From assembly GCA_951804945.1 (NCBI GenBank), contig OX638151.1, forward strand, positions 64,914,001 through 64,978,000: a stretch of DNA of 64,000 nt, read 5' to 3'. The position numbers and the translations under genes were made by a program. Below the pieces are notes generated by a model. The model saw only the letters and a program-made list of their open reading frames with translations, was not told where the DNA came from and did no database searches. Of the stretch, positions 1 through 13,030 are shown piece after piece. This DNA comes from Podarcis cretensis. Taxonomy: Eukaryota. Each line of letters starts with the position of its first letter. Within the stretch, counting starts at the first letter, position 1.

Positions 1-772
1 GCTCTTATGGACAAATGACCATATTCCCACACCCAATCCTTCACGCGACATGTTTCTAAATTTCACAGTTTTGCTCTGGAATGATTCATCCACAATAGCT
101 GTCAAACTTCTATTAGTATATGAGAGCTAAACTACCAACACATTAAAAAAAGTGTGGTTCTTTTTATCTTTGGTTTTCAATTTATTTTGCATGCCCACTT
201 TGAGAGGACCCCCCTCCCCTTGATTTAATGGTATAGAGAAGATGATTTTTTAATAAATAAATAAATACAAGTGTTCATTGAATTCCATTGGCTTTGCTCC
301 TAACATAGGGTGATTTGTACAACAACCAAATGCAACACCTAAACAGGGATCCAGGCCTGATTTCCCCTAGGGTGGTTTCATTTTGATGGCTTTAAAAAAT
401 AACACCATTGCTCTTGACATTTTAAAGACAAATTGTTTCCAGAGAATGCACAAAAAGGATGGATGGTGTCCAGCGCTAGTCAGATTGAAATTAATGGACT
501 TAAATGATTCCATTGCTTTTAATAGGTCTACTCTTAGTTGGATAGCACCCAAAGCATTTAATGGAAATCCAGACCTCATAGACCTCAATCTTATCAGCTT
601 TTTACAATGGGCGTTTAGCCTTCCATTAGAAGGCTAATCTTAGCCTAACTTTAACATTAGATAATGAAAACTGAAAAAAGAAAATTTCGATCCATGTGTA
701 AATGAAAACTATAAATTTATATCCGTGTAAGATCATCTTAAAGCTGGCCTTCTGATAGAAAGTATGCATATG

Positions 773-1573
773 TCTACCATTTGCCCAATAATAAATGTTG
801 GAAATGTAAAGACAATGAAGGTACATTCTTTCACCTTTGGTGGACGTGCCCAAGGATTAAGGCTTTCTGGGAGATGATATATAATGAAATGAAAAAGGTA
901 TTTAAATATACCTTTCTGAAGAAACCAGAGGCCTTTCTCCTGGGCATGGTCGGCCAATTGGTGTTAAAGAAGGATAGAACTTTCTTCATGTACGCCACAA
1001 CAGCAGCAAGAATACTAATTGCAAAGTATTGGAAGACACAAGATCTACCCACCCTAGAAGAATGGCAGATGAAAGTAATGGACTATATGGAACTGGCGGA
1101 AATGACTGGCAGAATCCGAGACTAGGGAGAAGAGTTGGTGGAAGAAGATTGGAAGAAATTTAAAGATTATTTACAGAAACATTGTAAAATTAATGAATGT
1201 TAATATGATGTCGGAATGAAACGAAGCGGTTTTAGTAATAAGGTTAAAAAGGAATATGAAAAAATGGATTGATAATAGAAGAAAATATAATGTTATAATA
1301 TGTTAAGATAAAGAGCTAAGATAAAATAAAGAGGGAAAGGATTTGCTGAATTAACTATTCGAACAGGAAAACAAAAAAGGGAGGTGTGAGGGAGTCATGG
1401 AAACAAGTAAATGAATTGTAAGACATAGAAAGAGGGATTTATTTTTAACTGTTTTTATTTTTTCTGTATTCTGTATTTCTTGTATTGTATTGCATTGTAT
1501 TGTTTAGTTCTTTTTCTTTTCTTTTCTTTTGTAATCTTTAAACTGCTAATAAATATTTTTTTTTTTAAAAAAA
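773..1573 (+). mobile_element. 5'-truncated L1-clade LINE (ORF2 C-terminus, 3' UTR, tail) with 16-bp TSD
   Basis: ORF 781-1125 has the L1 C-terminal cysteine motif CWKC..GTFFHLWWTC and YATTAARILIAKYWK; AATAAA at 1548-1553; identical direct repeat AGAAAGTATGCATATG at 757-772 and 1574-1589. Confidence 0.92.
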
Positions 1574-1980
1574 AGAAAGTATGCATATGCATTTATTCAT
1601 TAAACAAGACCTCTGTAGTTATCAGGATTGCTAGCTGTTTGTTTTCTTTTGCTGCTGCCAAGTAGGTTCTGTTAAGACAAAACAGATCATTACCCACTGT
1701 GGTCACTGACAAGATACAACGCAAAGAAGATGCCATGCCAGAGATGTACAAATGTTGCTTGAGAATCTTCACTCTACGTTTTACAGTACTTAGTTAAATT
1801 AGGCCACCTTGGTCTTCATTCTCAATATTTCAAGTAAACCAAAGAGGGAGAAGATACTTGTTGTGTGCCCCAAACTAATGGGTTTAAGGTGTTGTCATTA
1901 AACAAAAAATCAGTCAAAACTTTAACCTCATACAAGTAACATAAGTATCATGAAGTATGCTTTCTGTTCCAAAACTTGCA

Positions 1981-1981
<1 letters not shown>

Positions 1982-2025
<44 letters not shown>

Positions 2026-2315
2026 TATTATTTATACCCTGCCTGGGCAGTTTTCAACAAAGGATTAAAAATACATTAAAACATCAGTCATTAAAAGCTT
2101 CCCTAAACAGGGCTGCCTTCAGATGTCTTCTAAACGTCAGATAGTTGTTTATTTTCTTGACATCTGATGGGAGGGCGTTCCACAGGGTGGGTGCCCTGTA
2201 ACTTTGCTTCTCACAATGAGGGAACCGCCAGAAGGCCCTCAGAACTGGACTTCAGGTTCCGGGTTGAACGATGGGGGTGGAGACGCTCCTTCAGGTATAC
2301 TGGGCCGAGATCGTT
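1982..2315 (-). mobile_element. L2 LINE 3' end with (TTA)n tail
   Basis: (AAT)n at 1982-2024 is followed by the reverse complement of a squamate L2-like 3' region (minus strand TTTAGAAGACATCTGAAGGCAGCCCTGTTTAGGGAAG). Confidence 0.75.
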
Positions 2316-3343
2316 TAGTTTTGCAAACCAAACTACTCTAGAACAAGCTTTTCTATTCTAGGATAGCTTGGTGATCTGCATAATCTCACCAAAGAATAAG
2401 GAGGATTTTACTACAATCAGGTGTGAATGTGTGGGAGACTGTGACAGAATAATAACCTGTATGAACTTTCCCAAGCAAGAGAATTAGATATGCCTCAGCC
2501 CCACTGAAATAAATGCTTCATGTGAATTGACCTATTAGGAAATTGACCAACACCTTAATCCCATTACTTGGTTTCAACTGGGCATAAACACAACTAGATT
2601 TCAGAGTGACTGTATTCCCTTGCTGGTCTAGTCCCTCTTACTTGTCTGTTGAATGTGTGCTCAAAGGCTTGCTTGCAGAGGACTAGTTGCCAACATCTGA
2701 CCATTAATGATATCAGCAGCAACATCCCTTTGTATTATTTATTTATACTACAAAATTAAAAGTAATTGGATGGTTCTGCATTGCTATTATATTTGTGATT
2801 TCATTTCTAATTCTGCTGTGATTCGAAAGAAAGGTGCTAAGCAGCTTTTTGGCTTAGGAAGATACGTACGAGCTTCTGCTCCTGGATTTCTGTCAACGGC
2901 TATATTGCCATTTTTACACTGGTTGTGGGATGCTCTCTTTGAAAACTAATGCTCAGCACTGCATTTCCTTCTTATCCTCAGGGTTCATATAAAAACCTGC
3001 CTCATAGTTTAATTTAAAGCAGAGCAATGCACTATCACTCAAATGTTAAACTAGTTAAATGGACATTCTTTTATCTCTGTAGGACTCTCCCGCCACCCTA
3101 CAAACTTATGTCTGCTCTTTGAACTTTTGAAAAGCTGCAGCAACCTGGGTCAAGTTGACTGGGTCAGTCTCGCTTTCCAACAGAGTAAACACTGGAGGAA
3201 CATTAAAAAAAGAAGAACATTGAATTGTTATTCCCAATGGGCCAACTTATAGACTCAACCAGCTCAAGATATACTATGTGTGGTGGAGGAGTACACACGT
3301 GAACCCTTCCCACTGTGTGCAAGAGGTAATGTATGATATGAGT

Positions 3344-3471
3344 CAGGCTTCCTCAACCTCGACCCTCCAGATGTTTTGAGACTACAATTCCCTGACCACT
3401 GGTCCTGCTAGCTAGGGATCATGGGAGTTGTAGGCCAAAAACATCTGGAGGGCTGAGGTTTAGGAAGCCTA
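3344..3471. mobile_element. hAT-type MITE with 8-bp TSD
   Basis: TIRs CAGGCTTCCTCAACCTC / GAGGTTTAGGAAGCCTA; internal inverted symmetry; perfect TSD ATATGAGT at 3336-3343 and 3472-3479. Confidence 0.9.
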
Positions 3472-3511
3472 ATATGAGTGCTACATTCATGGAGCTCCTT
3501 TGCAAAAAAAA

Positions 3512-3995
3512 GAATTCCTTTGGGGATTATAGGGACAGAACTACCTAAACTGTATAGAAACTTATTCATATATGCTACTACAGCGGCAAGAATGTTATTT
3601 TTCCCCAAATGGAAAGGAGCAGAAGTCCTAACAAAGGAAGGATGGATACAAAAACTTATGGAATATGAGGAAATGGCAAAACTTACTGGAAGAATAAGAA
3701 ATCAAGATAGCAAACTTTTTATAAAAGAATGGAAATGGTTTATTGAATATTTACAGATAAATTGTAAACAGATAAAAACATTGGCAGGATTCTTGTAATA
3801 ACCTGCAGTTTCATAAGTGTATGTAATTAAAGAGGATTAATAAATGAGCAAATTAGGTTAATTTGGATATGCAGAAGATATTAAAAATAAATTTAAGGAA
3901 CCGCAGAAAGAGGGGGAAAGAAATCAAGTTTTGAAATGTCAAAATGATGGTAAAATTAGTGAAATGTATAAAATCAGTGAAATCTATAAACTTGG
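3512..3995 (+). mobile_element. L1-clade 3' fragment (second family)
   Basis: ORF 3478-3798 (LFIYATTAARMLF..W..KLMEYEEMAKLTGRIR) aligns by eye with the L1 C-terminus at 781-1125. Confidence 0.8.
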
Positions 3996-4319
3996 AAAGT
4001 ACAAAGTTGCAAAATTTGTGTGTACTATTGTGACATATGGCTGCTGCTTGATGATTCCACTAGCGCATACACATTTTTTATTGCAGCCCAAAGACCCGCA
4101 AAAACAATTTTGAAAGCAAAATACAGCAGAGATACAGGAAAATGGTACATATCCTGAAAGTCTGACTAGCTGAGGATAGGAAGCAATCCAAACCCAAAAT
4201 CTACCAGGATCGGGAAAGTTTCAAATAGTTTTTTCTCTGGTTGAGCCTGAGCTCAGTCAGGGCTTTGCAAGCTGAAGTCCCTCCTGGTTTAGCCAGAGAT
4301 AGACCACTGTCATATGTAG

Positions 4320-4850
4320 AATGTGGCTGCCTATTTAATGTATGATATAGCAAGAGTAGATCATATCACCCCATCCTCTGGGCACCAGCTACCTGTGAGA
4401 ACAAGTCAAGGTCTTAATACTAGTGTACAAAGCCCTAAAGGATTTAAATGACCTCAGACCCATGTACTAGAAAGATCACATTCTGCAGTACAAGCCACCC
4501 TCAAATCTTCAGTCTGAGGGAGAGGCTTCTCATGGTTTCCCCAGAAGGAATAATACAAAGACATGGCATTCTCAGTGGTGGCATCTCAGTTATGGAACTC
4601 GATCCCAAGGGGAATCAAACAGTCCCCCTCCTTCCCTTCATTCAGAAAACATGTGAATACTTTTTTTTTAAAAAAAAAAAAATCCAAGCTTTTGCCTGAT
4701 ACTGTAGTTTTATGAAGCTTTTATACTGCTGATTTTAACTCTGGTCTGTAATAGATCGTAGCAGTGTTTTGAATGGTTTTATGTGCTTGATAAGCCTCCT
4801 TGAGCTCCCCTTGGTGAGGAAGGGTAGGCTATCGATCTGAAATAATAAAT
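4320..4850 (+). mobile_element. Old L2 3' fragment
   Basis: Degenerate DHITPIL...KVLILVYKAL coding remnants followed by an AT-rich L2-like 3' UTR. Confidence 0.5.
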
Positions 4851-5540
4851 AAGTAATATTGCCACTGAGCCCATTTCACAGAAGGCAATTCCAATGTAAC
4901 TTCTTTGAAGTCCATAAGTTGATATAAACTCACAGGTAAATGTTTTTCAAGAGTCTCTCGGGAGGTGGGAACAACCGTGCGGCTCTGCAGAGCCCTGCCA
5001 TTTTGCAATAATAGGATAGTTTTGATTAAGATCAAGCCAAGGCACAGGTCACAGCAAGGGAACACTGGCCTTTGACAGAAGGGAGTTGACAAGTGATGAA
5101 GTCAGGAATGTGCTGATGTCCTTGAGCTGAAGCGAGGGGGCAAAGTGTGGGAAGCTGCAGAGCATCAAGATGAACTCTCTGTTGGGTTAATTAATTAGGG
5201 TGGGATGCCTGCACATTAAGAGGAGGAAAGGGGCTTGGATTGCCCTGAATCTAAATCTTGAGGAGCAGCTACAAAGGATTCTGGAGTGGCAGGAAGCATG
5301 GAAGTGTTGGGCACTGCTTAAACTGGCTGTGATCCAAAGGAGCGATGTCAAATATTAGTGAAAACAGGCTCCAGCTGCTGTGTGCAAGAGTGCTTCCCTT
5401 TGGAGCCTGCACTTACCATTCTAATACTTTCTAGGTGAAATTTCACTCATGTACAAATTACATCATGGCATAACCACTGGTGGGCACCAAGGGGATGTAT
5501 TTGAGCCAGGCAAGTGGGACTTCTTGGCTGGTTGAGGGAA

Positions 5541-5680
5541 GGGCCGTAGCTCAGTGGTAGATCCTCGGCTTTGTATGCAGGAGGTGTCTGATTCAATCCT
5601 TGGCATCTGCAGGTAGGGCTGGAAATGCCTCCAAACAGAAACCCTGGGGAGCTATTGACAGTAGACAATACTGAGCTAGA
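5541..5680 (+). mobile_element. tRNA-derived SINE (Squam3-like)
   Basis: Box A TAGCTCAGTGGTAG, box B-like GATTCAATCC, body ending GTAGACAATACTGAGCTAGA that is shared with the copy near 22059-22240. Confidence 0.7.
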
Positions 5681-7320
5681 ATATGCTCAATATTGAGTGC
5701 AAAGTCTGATGCACAATTGTGCCACCAGGACAGAATGTTGGGGCAGAAGAGAAGCCCTACACCAGCAGAAAAAGTAGGCTTCCCAAATGCAACAGTGTTG
5801 GCACCCTTTGAAGTCAGTGGATGAATACACGTCACCATCTAAAGAGGGCCTGCCATTTAGTCCAGAGTCTGAAATTTCTTCAGTGCACCACTGCTGATGC
5901 AAGCAAGCTATCTGCACTGTGGCAAATTGGTACAGTTCAGCTGCACCTTGGCTACACACCAACCAAGTCAGAAGATCCTCTACACTGCAAACAAAAACAG
6001 CTACAGAATGAGTAAAATTCAGTACACACGCCCCCACCCTGCTGCCCCAGGTTCAAATTCCAAACATTTGGGAAATGGGAAAAAATTATTCTCTTGAAAT
6101 ATTTTAAGGGAGTTGTACAAGCAGCATACTCAGGATGTACTTACTCATTAAAATCTTGCACTATTTCCTGTAGCTTCCTGCCTTTTCTTCCTGGAAGGTT
6201 AGATAGGGTGAAAGGAATGACCGAAGGGGTAATAATTACAGCCATCATATCAGAAGAAAGCTTAGAGAAGTTCTGGTCTTCCTTGGATTTCCTAGGAATT
6301 TTATAGTATTTGTCAAAAATATCTCTGTAACTCTCATTCTTTTACAGGGCTTTCATCCTCCTAATTCTGCTGACTGTAGTGCTCCATCCTTTGCAATTGA
6401 CACTTGGCTGCTCTGTTATGAAGCAGCAATTCTAGCAAGATTTAGGGTATTTAGGTCCTTAGTAAGACTTAGGTCCTGTTTATTAAACATTTGTTCAGAT
6501 TTGGTTTGCAGGGAGATTAGGCAACATTGGCTTCCTAATAAGCATTTATTCTGAATTATTTGTGGGGAGGTTAGATGATGTTGTGTCAAATATCTCACAC
6601 TTTCCAGTGTATTTTCCGGTCACTTTTCTTATTGCAAAAAGTCTGATCTTTTGAGGAGGTAGCTTTGTTGCACAAGACCTCCCAATCAACTCTAGTTGTG
6701 CAACCAGAATTGACTAGTATGAGATTAAATCCCACAAATTGTGATAGTCTGGAAGTGCCCGATAATATGCTGATTGCAGCAGTGTAGTGGCAAATTCAGG
6801 GTGCAGCCTCTCCATGCCCTCTCACAGCCACTGTCCCTTCTAAGATATAATAATGATAATAGATCCAGTGTAATGATCAATGCTGATCTTCATGTGTTGC
6901 CTTACAGCTAGATCTACTACTTTCTGTACACATACATGGGCAAATGATTTGGGGTCTATGTGTGTCCAATATTTTCTTTCAGAGTGGCTTAAGCTGTGTT
7001 TTTCTTGAAGTTCCATTATACGCAGCAGAACTTGCACACTTCTGTTTTCAGTGTTTCAAAATACTTACACTGGAGCATACAGAATCACAATTTCTCAGAG
7101 TTTTTGCTGCACACCTTCCCCAGAGTGACCCTAGTAGCCAATCCTCAGTGGCTGACCCACCTTCTTTCACTCTTATTGGCTCCAATCATCACAAAGGATG
7201 AGAAGATGCCTTACTAGTGGCTAAAAAGTTTCCCTTCCATGCTGATTGGATAGCTCTAAGGCACTGGAGACAGGGTCCCTGCTAGGAAACTGCTGCAGAA
7301 ATAGTAATGGTTCTTCAAGC

Positions 7321-7848
7321 CAGTGCCAGATTTACATATAAGCTAAACAACCTATAGCTTAGGGCCCCACTCTTGGGGGCCCCCAAAAAAAATTAAAGGG
7401 GAAAAAAACCTGGATGTACATTTCCAAAATATAAGAGAAAAAAACAAATAAAAGCTACATACAGCAACAGTGTTTTGTGTTGTGTAGGCTCCTATGATGT
7501 AAGTAATGGGCTCTGCCTGCTAGCCGGCTCTCTAAAATATCACTGGTTTTCTCATTTCTATATACATGGTGCCTACATTCTGCATATGCAAATGGCTTTA
7601 GATAATAGCTGTCAACGTTTTCCTTTTTTAAAGGGAAATTCCCTTATTCCGAATAGGATTGCTCTCAAGAAAAGGGAAAAGTTGACAGCTATGCTTTAGA
7701 TACCTATTAGGTCCATAAATTACAATATAGCATATATTCAACACACAAAAACAGCGACAATTTGTTGTTGACAAAGGACACCTGGACATATAAAGGGTCC
7801 CATTACCTTCAGTAGCTCTGGGCCTCATCAAACTTAAATCCAGCCCGG
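7321..7848. mobile_element. Non-autonomous hAT element with 8-bp TSD
   Basis: Imperfect TIRs CAGTGCCAGATTTA / TAAATCCAGCCCGG; perfect TSD CTTCAAGC at 7313-7320 and 7849-7856. Confidence 0.88.
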
Positions 7849-7969
7849 CTTCAAGCTCCTGCAACCCTCTGGTTGACTGACTGTGCTATCCCAATTCATT
7901 ACTGCAAAACTGGGGAAAGGGGATTGATTACATACCCATAATAGCTTGAAACAGTTATGCCAGGGTTTT

Positions 7970-8180
7970 AAGAACATGAAAAGAGCTCTGCTGGGGGCCA
8001 AAGACGTATCTCATTCCCACAGTGACCAACCAGATGCCTATGGGCAGCCCAGAAGCAGGACCCAGCTGCAACTTTCCCCACTTGTACTCCCTGGCAAGTA
8101 GGATTCAGTATCATATACTGCTTCTGATGCTGGACGTAATATATAGCCATCACAAACTAGTAGCCATTGACAGCCTTCTT
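7970..8180 (-). mobile_element. Old CR1-type 3' end fragment
   Basis: AAGAACATGAAAAGAGC...CACAGTGACCAACCAGATGCC...TAGCCATTGA; related copies near 10500-10660 and 37310-37570. Confidence 0.55.
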
Positions 8181-8888
8181 TTATTTTGACAAAGTTTGTT
8201 CAAATGGAACCATTTGTGTAAGCGTATTTTTAGCTCTGGAATAGCACGTTACTGATACTGTATTTTATTTTCAGGGTTTTGAACTAGAGAAAGGCCATTC
8301 CCTGTCCTGCTTTTCAGGGTATGTGACCTATTCTTGAGCCAGACTTGCTTACTGAAAGAAAGATAACAGACTTGATGAAGTTCAGAAATACAAATGTGGC
8401 CAACAGCATAAACAAGTTTATCATGTTTTCTGAGGAGGAGCAGAGAGAGTCTGTAAACAACTGCCATTCATATTTATTTGTCATTCCTTCCCATAAAATG
8501 TTAAGACGCAAAAATAGTTTTAAAAGATTCAACATCTTCTTTTGCTCGCTTGACTTCCACCCACCCCACCCCATTTACAACCATTTTTAATGCTTTCTAA
8601 TCAGGAGCTGTCTGTCTGCTTATTAGCAAATATGGCACAATTCATCAAGGTTTGCTGGTTTATTTCAGAACTGCCAAAACCATGCGAGTATAACAAGCCT
8701 CAATTGCATGCAACTTCCTACATTTAATTCATCTTTTTAATGAAGATTTAGGACAATGTTTTTACATGTCCTTTGGGAGGTGAAGTTTATACATGCAAAA
8801 CTAATGCAAATTCGGCGCACTTTTTATATCTTTCTGGGGAAGTCATCAAAGCTTTACCATATACTGTGAGATTTGAGATATTTTCCTG

Positions 8889-8926
<38 letters not shown>
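8889..8926. repeat. (TTTC)n microsatellite
   Basis: Direct reading. Confidence 0.95.
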
Positions 8927-8928
<2 letters not shown>

Positions 8929-9079
8929 AAACCCTCTTTTGTGTCAAACAAACATAACAACTGTTTGCTCTGACATGGTTAAAACTTAAAAATGTCTCCT
9001 TTTTCATTTCTATCTGGCTTTAGCAATCTTCGTATGTCCACACAAATACTGCAAGAGAGGACTAACAGTCACTTCCAAG

Positions 9080-9255
9080 GCTTTAATGCAGTATGGCTTC
9101 CTCCAAAGAATTCTGGGAACTGTGGCTTGTTAAGAGTGTGAGAGTTGTTGCGAGACCTCTGTTCCCTTCACAGTGCTCAGAGTGGCTTAACAGCCGGTCC
9201 CTCTTCCCAGAGAACTCTATATTCTTAGGGAAGTACATTTTGACACTACAGCATA
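9080..9255. mobile_element. Degenerate non-autonomous DNA element (CCAAAGAATTCTGGGAACTG family)
   Basis: The same core recurs near 39560-39680 and 42703-42900. Confidence 0.5.
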
Positions 9256-10200
9256 CCGTCCAACATTTTTTCCACTGAAACCAGGACACTCCATTTTTGT
9301 TCCTGAGCTTTCACACATGTGTGAGAGCATGAAACCAAAAGACACTTGTGCATATCAGCTCCCATGACAACATGGATAAAGGTGTGTGTAGGTGTAGAAA
9401 GTATCGTACCATAAAAGACAAAATTTACATTGCTATTTCTGGTCTCGCCCACCAGTGGCACAAGGTTGTCTAAAAGAGAATGCAGCCTTTTGACTGGAAA
9501 AGGTTCCTGCCCTCTACATTAGGGCTTTTTTTCATGTGGCCGCAGTGTGATGCCTACAGTTCACCAGTATGACAGAGTTGGGCTTCAGTAACTCCTACCG
9601 TGTTCAGTGGGGGTATATTCCTAGGTACATGTGCATTGGATCACAGTTGTAGCCACTATATGGCATCGTATTTAAGGTACTACTCCCTTCCCCTTGATTG
9701 CATCCGTTTGTCTGGGTTACGAAACCTGTACTATTTATTTGATTTCCGCTCCTGCCTACCGATGCCCCCTCTTTAAGCCCTTGAAGCTTCCAGCTTCTGA
9801 AGACAATTTTATTTCCATTTCCAGAAGTTACTGACCTGCAAAGGCAGCTAGAGGTCTCACTAGAACAAACCGAAGAGCAAACTGCTCTCGCTTTTTAAAA
9901 GCAGCCAGCAAGGATCCTGCCAAAACTGCAGTCGCAGCCTTCCTGTGCTTCAGTTCCTTGGACTTTCGAAAGCTGCTCTCGGTTGAGCTCCAAGAAAAAC
10001 ATCACAGAGATAACACCGACTGTAATGTTCAACATGCTGAAAGTTAAGTAATGCTCTCCCACTTACGTGTCTGATTTGCCCTGTCAAAAAGATCTGATTT
10101 GAACATGACCCAGTATTATGCATAACACACACTGAAGTTGTGTCTGTTTGCACGTGACTGTGCCAGGCCACAGCACTACAGTGGACAAGAGGCAACCTAG

Positions 10201-10345
10201 CAGTGTTTCTCAAACTATAGTTCCCTAGCTGTTGTTGGACTACAACTCCCATCTCCCATCATCCCTAGCTAGCAGAACCAGTGGTCAGGGATGATGGGAG
10301 CTGTAGTCCAACAACAGCTGGGGAACCAAAGTTTGAGAAACACTG
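10201..10345. mobile_element. hAT-type MITE
   Basis: Perfect 16-bp TIRs CAGTGTTTCTCAAACT / AGTTTGAGAAACACTG; internal body shared with 3344-3471; no matching TSD seen. Confidence 0.85.
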
Positions 10346-12339
10346 CTCAGATCCTGTGTGCTCTGAGACTATGCCAGAGGTCACCAGCCTTTTTGATCCA
10401 GAGAGCCAGAAAACTGGCATGGGCATCACACACACCGCAACCTATTCTATTGGCTGCAGCACAATGCTATTTCACACCTAATTTCAGCAGGGAGGCTGAA
10501 GAACCCTCTTGGAGCAGGCCAAAGGCTTGTCTAGTCCAGCATTTTGTTCTCACAGTGGTTCACAATTCCCCTAAGAAGCCTGCAAGCAAAATCTGTATGC
10601 AATAGCACTCTTCCCAACTAGTATTCAGAGGTAAACTGTCTCCAATATTCGAGGTAGAATAATAAATCCCTGTGTTCTACTTCTGTATTTGTATTTCTCA
10701 GAAGCACCGCACTGATATTCTCTTGGGAAACAAAGAAACTCAGCCCCCTTCTACATTAGTCATTTTTCTCTGGAATTCACATCATTATAAAAATCCAGAT
10801 GATATGACTGAGGCACCATTGCAGCTCAGTATTTTCCCTGCTGAGCTCCTCAATTTGGCTTTTGGCAATTATTCAGACTTCCAATGCAACCGCAGTGCTT
10901 TCCTTGTGGACCAGCCAAGCGCTATTGATTCACCTAGCAAGAACTTGATATTGTTATTCTATTACAGCATTGCCATGATGGGCTTTGGAGATGCAATTTA
11001 TTTGTCAGCTTTGTGCAGCTGGCTTTTGGATATGTGAACAAGAATAATGGAGCTCGTATGTCCACAAGGCTATCAATCTAGAGGGCAACTTCACATGCAG
11101 GAAGGGATTGATGCTGTTGCCCCAACCCAGAGAAGGAAGTCCACATGTGGAATCAAGTTTCTTGCTCAAGCAGCAGATGCAATGCAGAGAGGTGTGCAAT
11201 TGCATCATGATGCTGAACTGGCTACTGTGTCAATGCGTCTTTCAGTGGGGGTGTCTATTCGTATCTGGCTTTCATACAAAAAATTGCACCCCCTTAGAGT
11301 TGGATCAAGAGTACTGAGATGCTCGGTTTGGGGAAAGGAGTGGAGAAGGTCTTTGCACAGGAGCTCAGACTCTACCTCAGAATCCTTTGTTTTCTTCTAA
11401 AGTATTGATGTCCAAGGAATTACTGGAAATCCAAATGTGTGGTGTTTCAGGCTCAAATGAACCCACGAGTCTAGCCAATTTAGCCTGCATAGGTTCAACC
11501 TGGCAAACCTCATCTCTAAATACTCTTCTGTTCTTGCACTTTGGAACACAACTGGAACACACAGTCCTAAATTTATTTACTCCAAAGGAAGTGCCATTCA
11601 TTTCAATGAAGCTTCCATGTCTGGATGCTTAGGGTTGCCCCCTAAGTCTTTCCCATGGCTTCTGTCTGGGTAGTAATATATTCCTAAAGCAAAATGTATA
11701 GAACACTCACATAATCTTTTCAGATCCCAAAGTAAATGTTTTCACATAGCTGTGGACTGAATCCAAGCCAACGTCTATAAGATGACATTTCTGGAAGCAT
11801 TTGCATCTTTACATTATATTTAGTTTACACAATATGCTACACAACTGGAGGAAACAGCCCTGCAAGCCAGCCCAGCATTTGACCTCTTACAGAGCTGCCT
11901 TTGAGAAACAGCTATTCCATTCACCTCCCCCTGCACTAGCACCTTTTACATCAGACAATTTCAAAAACTGGGAACAACTTTGAAGTCTGTGACCGTTCTT
12001 ATATAGTTTACTTAAAAACATCACAACGCAAGTGAAACACTTTATTCATGCACTGCTTCACCCCATCCCCTCCCTCCTCTCCAGTTTTCAGCACTTGAGC
12101 ACAGGCTTGGATGACTTGCCTTGCTATATATCCCCCCCCCCAGTACCTTTATCAGAAACAAGACTGATTTATGGTACAATTTGCTTGGGGATCTAAGTGT
12201 CAGTTCAGCACATCAGAGTTCTGGACATGTTTGAATCAGGCTTCTTAGCTTCATTGGGTTGAGAACTGAGGCATATGTTGTGTCCTGTTCACCACTTTCC
12301 TTGACAAGCATCAGGCTGTTGATTTTAGCACCATGTCTC

Positions 12340-13030
12340 TTTCAAGAATTTACCATGTATGGTGGACAAGCCCAGTGATTGAGGGCTTTTGGAAGAAGGC
12401 TTTTCATGAGCTCCAACTGATTACATGGCAGCCGGTGACCCCAGATCCATTTATGCACTATTGTCTAGTTTTAATGACGGAGGCAAAAAATACTTTACAA
12501 ATTTATTGGTTTCCTTTTCTGTTGTGGCTACCCTATGGTGGTAGCCTCAACTGGAAATTAGTAGCAACCAATCTGATGGAAGAGTGGCATTCTCAGATTT
12601 GGTTGGTGGCCCTTATGGAAAAACTTACTTGCCAATTGTGGGAAAGGAACACCACAAAGAGAATGTATGTTTTATGTTTTATGTGAAATGTTTTTGTTTT
12701 ATTAAGTATTTTTTGGTCAAAGAGCATGACTGGTTTCTTACATCGGCTCATGGAATGATATTACAGGCTGATTGCGTTAATTTCTTCTTCTCTTTATGCT
12801 TGGCTAGTTGATTACTTCCATGATGCTTGTCTGATTGTTTCATTTAAGTGTTTGTTTGTTTGTTTGTTTGTTTGTTTGTTTGTGTGTTATGGATTGTATA
12901 TTTGTGGGAGATTTTCTGTTGTCTACTTGTTTTGCTCTTGTGTTTACTGTAACCAAAAGGTGTACGTGCTCCGAGTTTTTATTGCTTCTTTGCTTCTTTT
13001 TCTCTGACATGGAAAGACTTAATAAACTGT
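12340..13030 (+). mobile_element. Old L1-clade 3' fragment with (TTTG)n in the 3' UTR
   Basis: Degenerate HVWWTSPVIEGFW and W..ALMEKLT motifs (compare 29503-29694); AATAAA at 13021-13026. Confidence 0.6.

Noticed and set aside
383-637. ORF with an LRR-like stretch (LSWIAPKAFNGNPDLIDLNL)
   Set aside because: Only one imperfect repeat lacking the conserved Asn, no exon context, and it overlaps what looks like a degenerate small repeat near 485-540; most likely chance.
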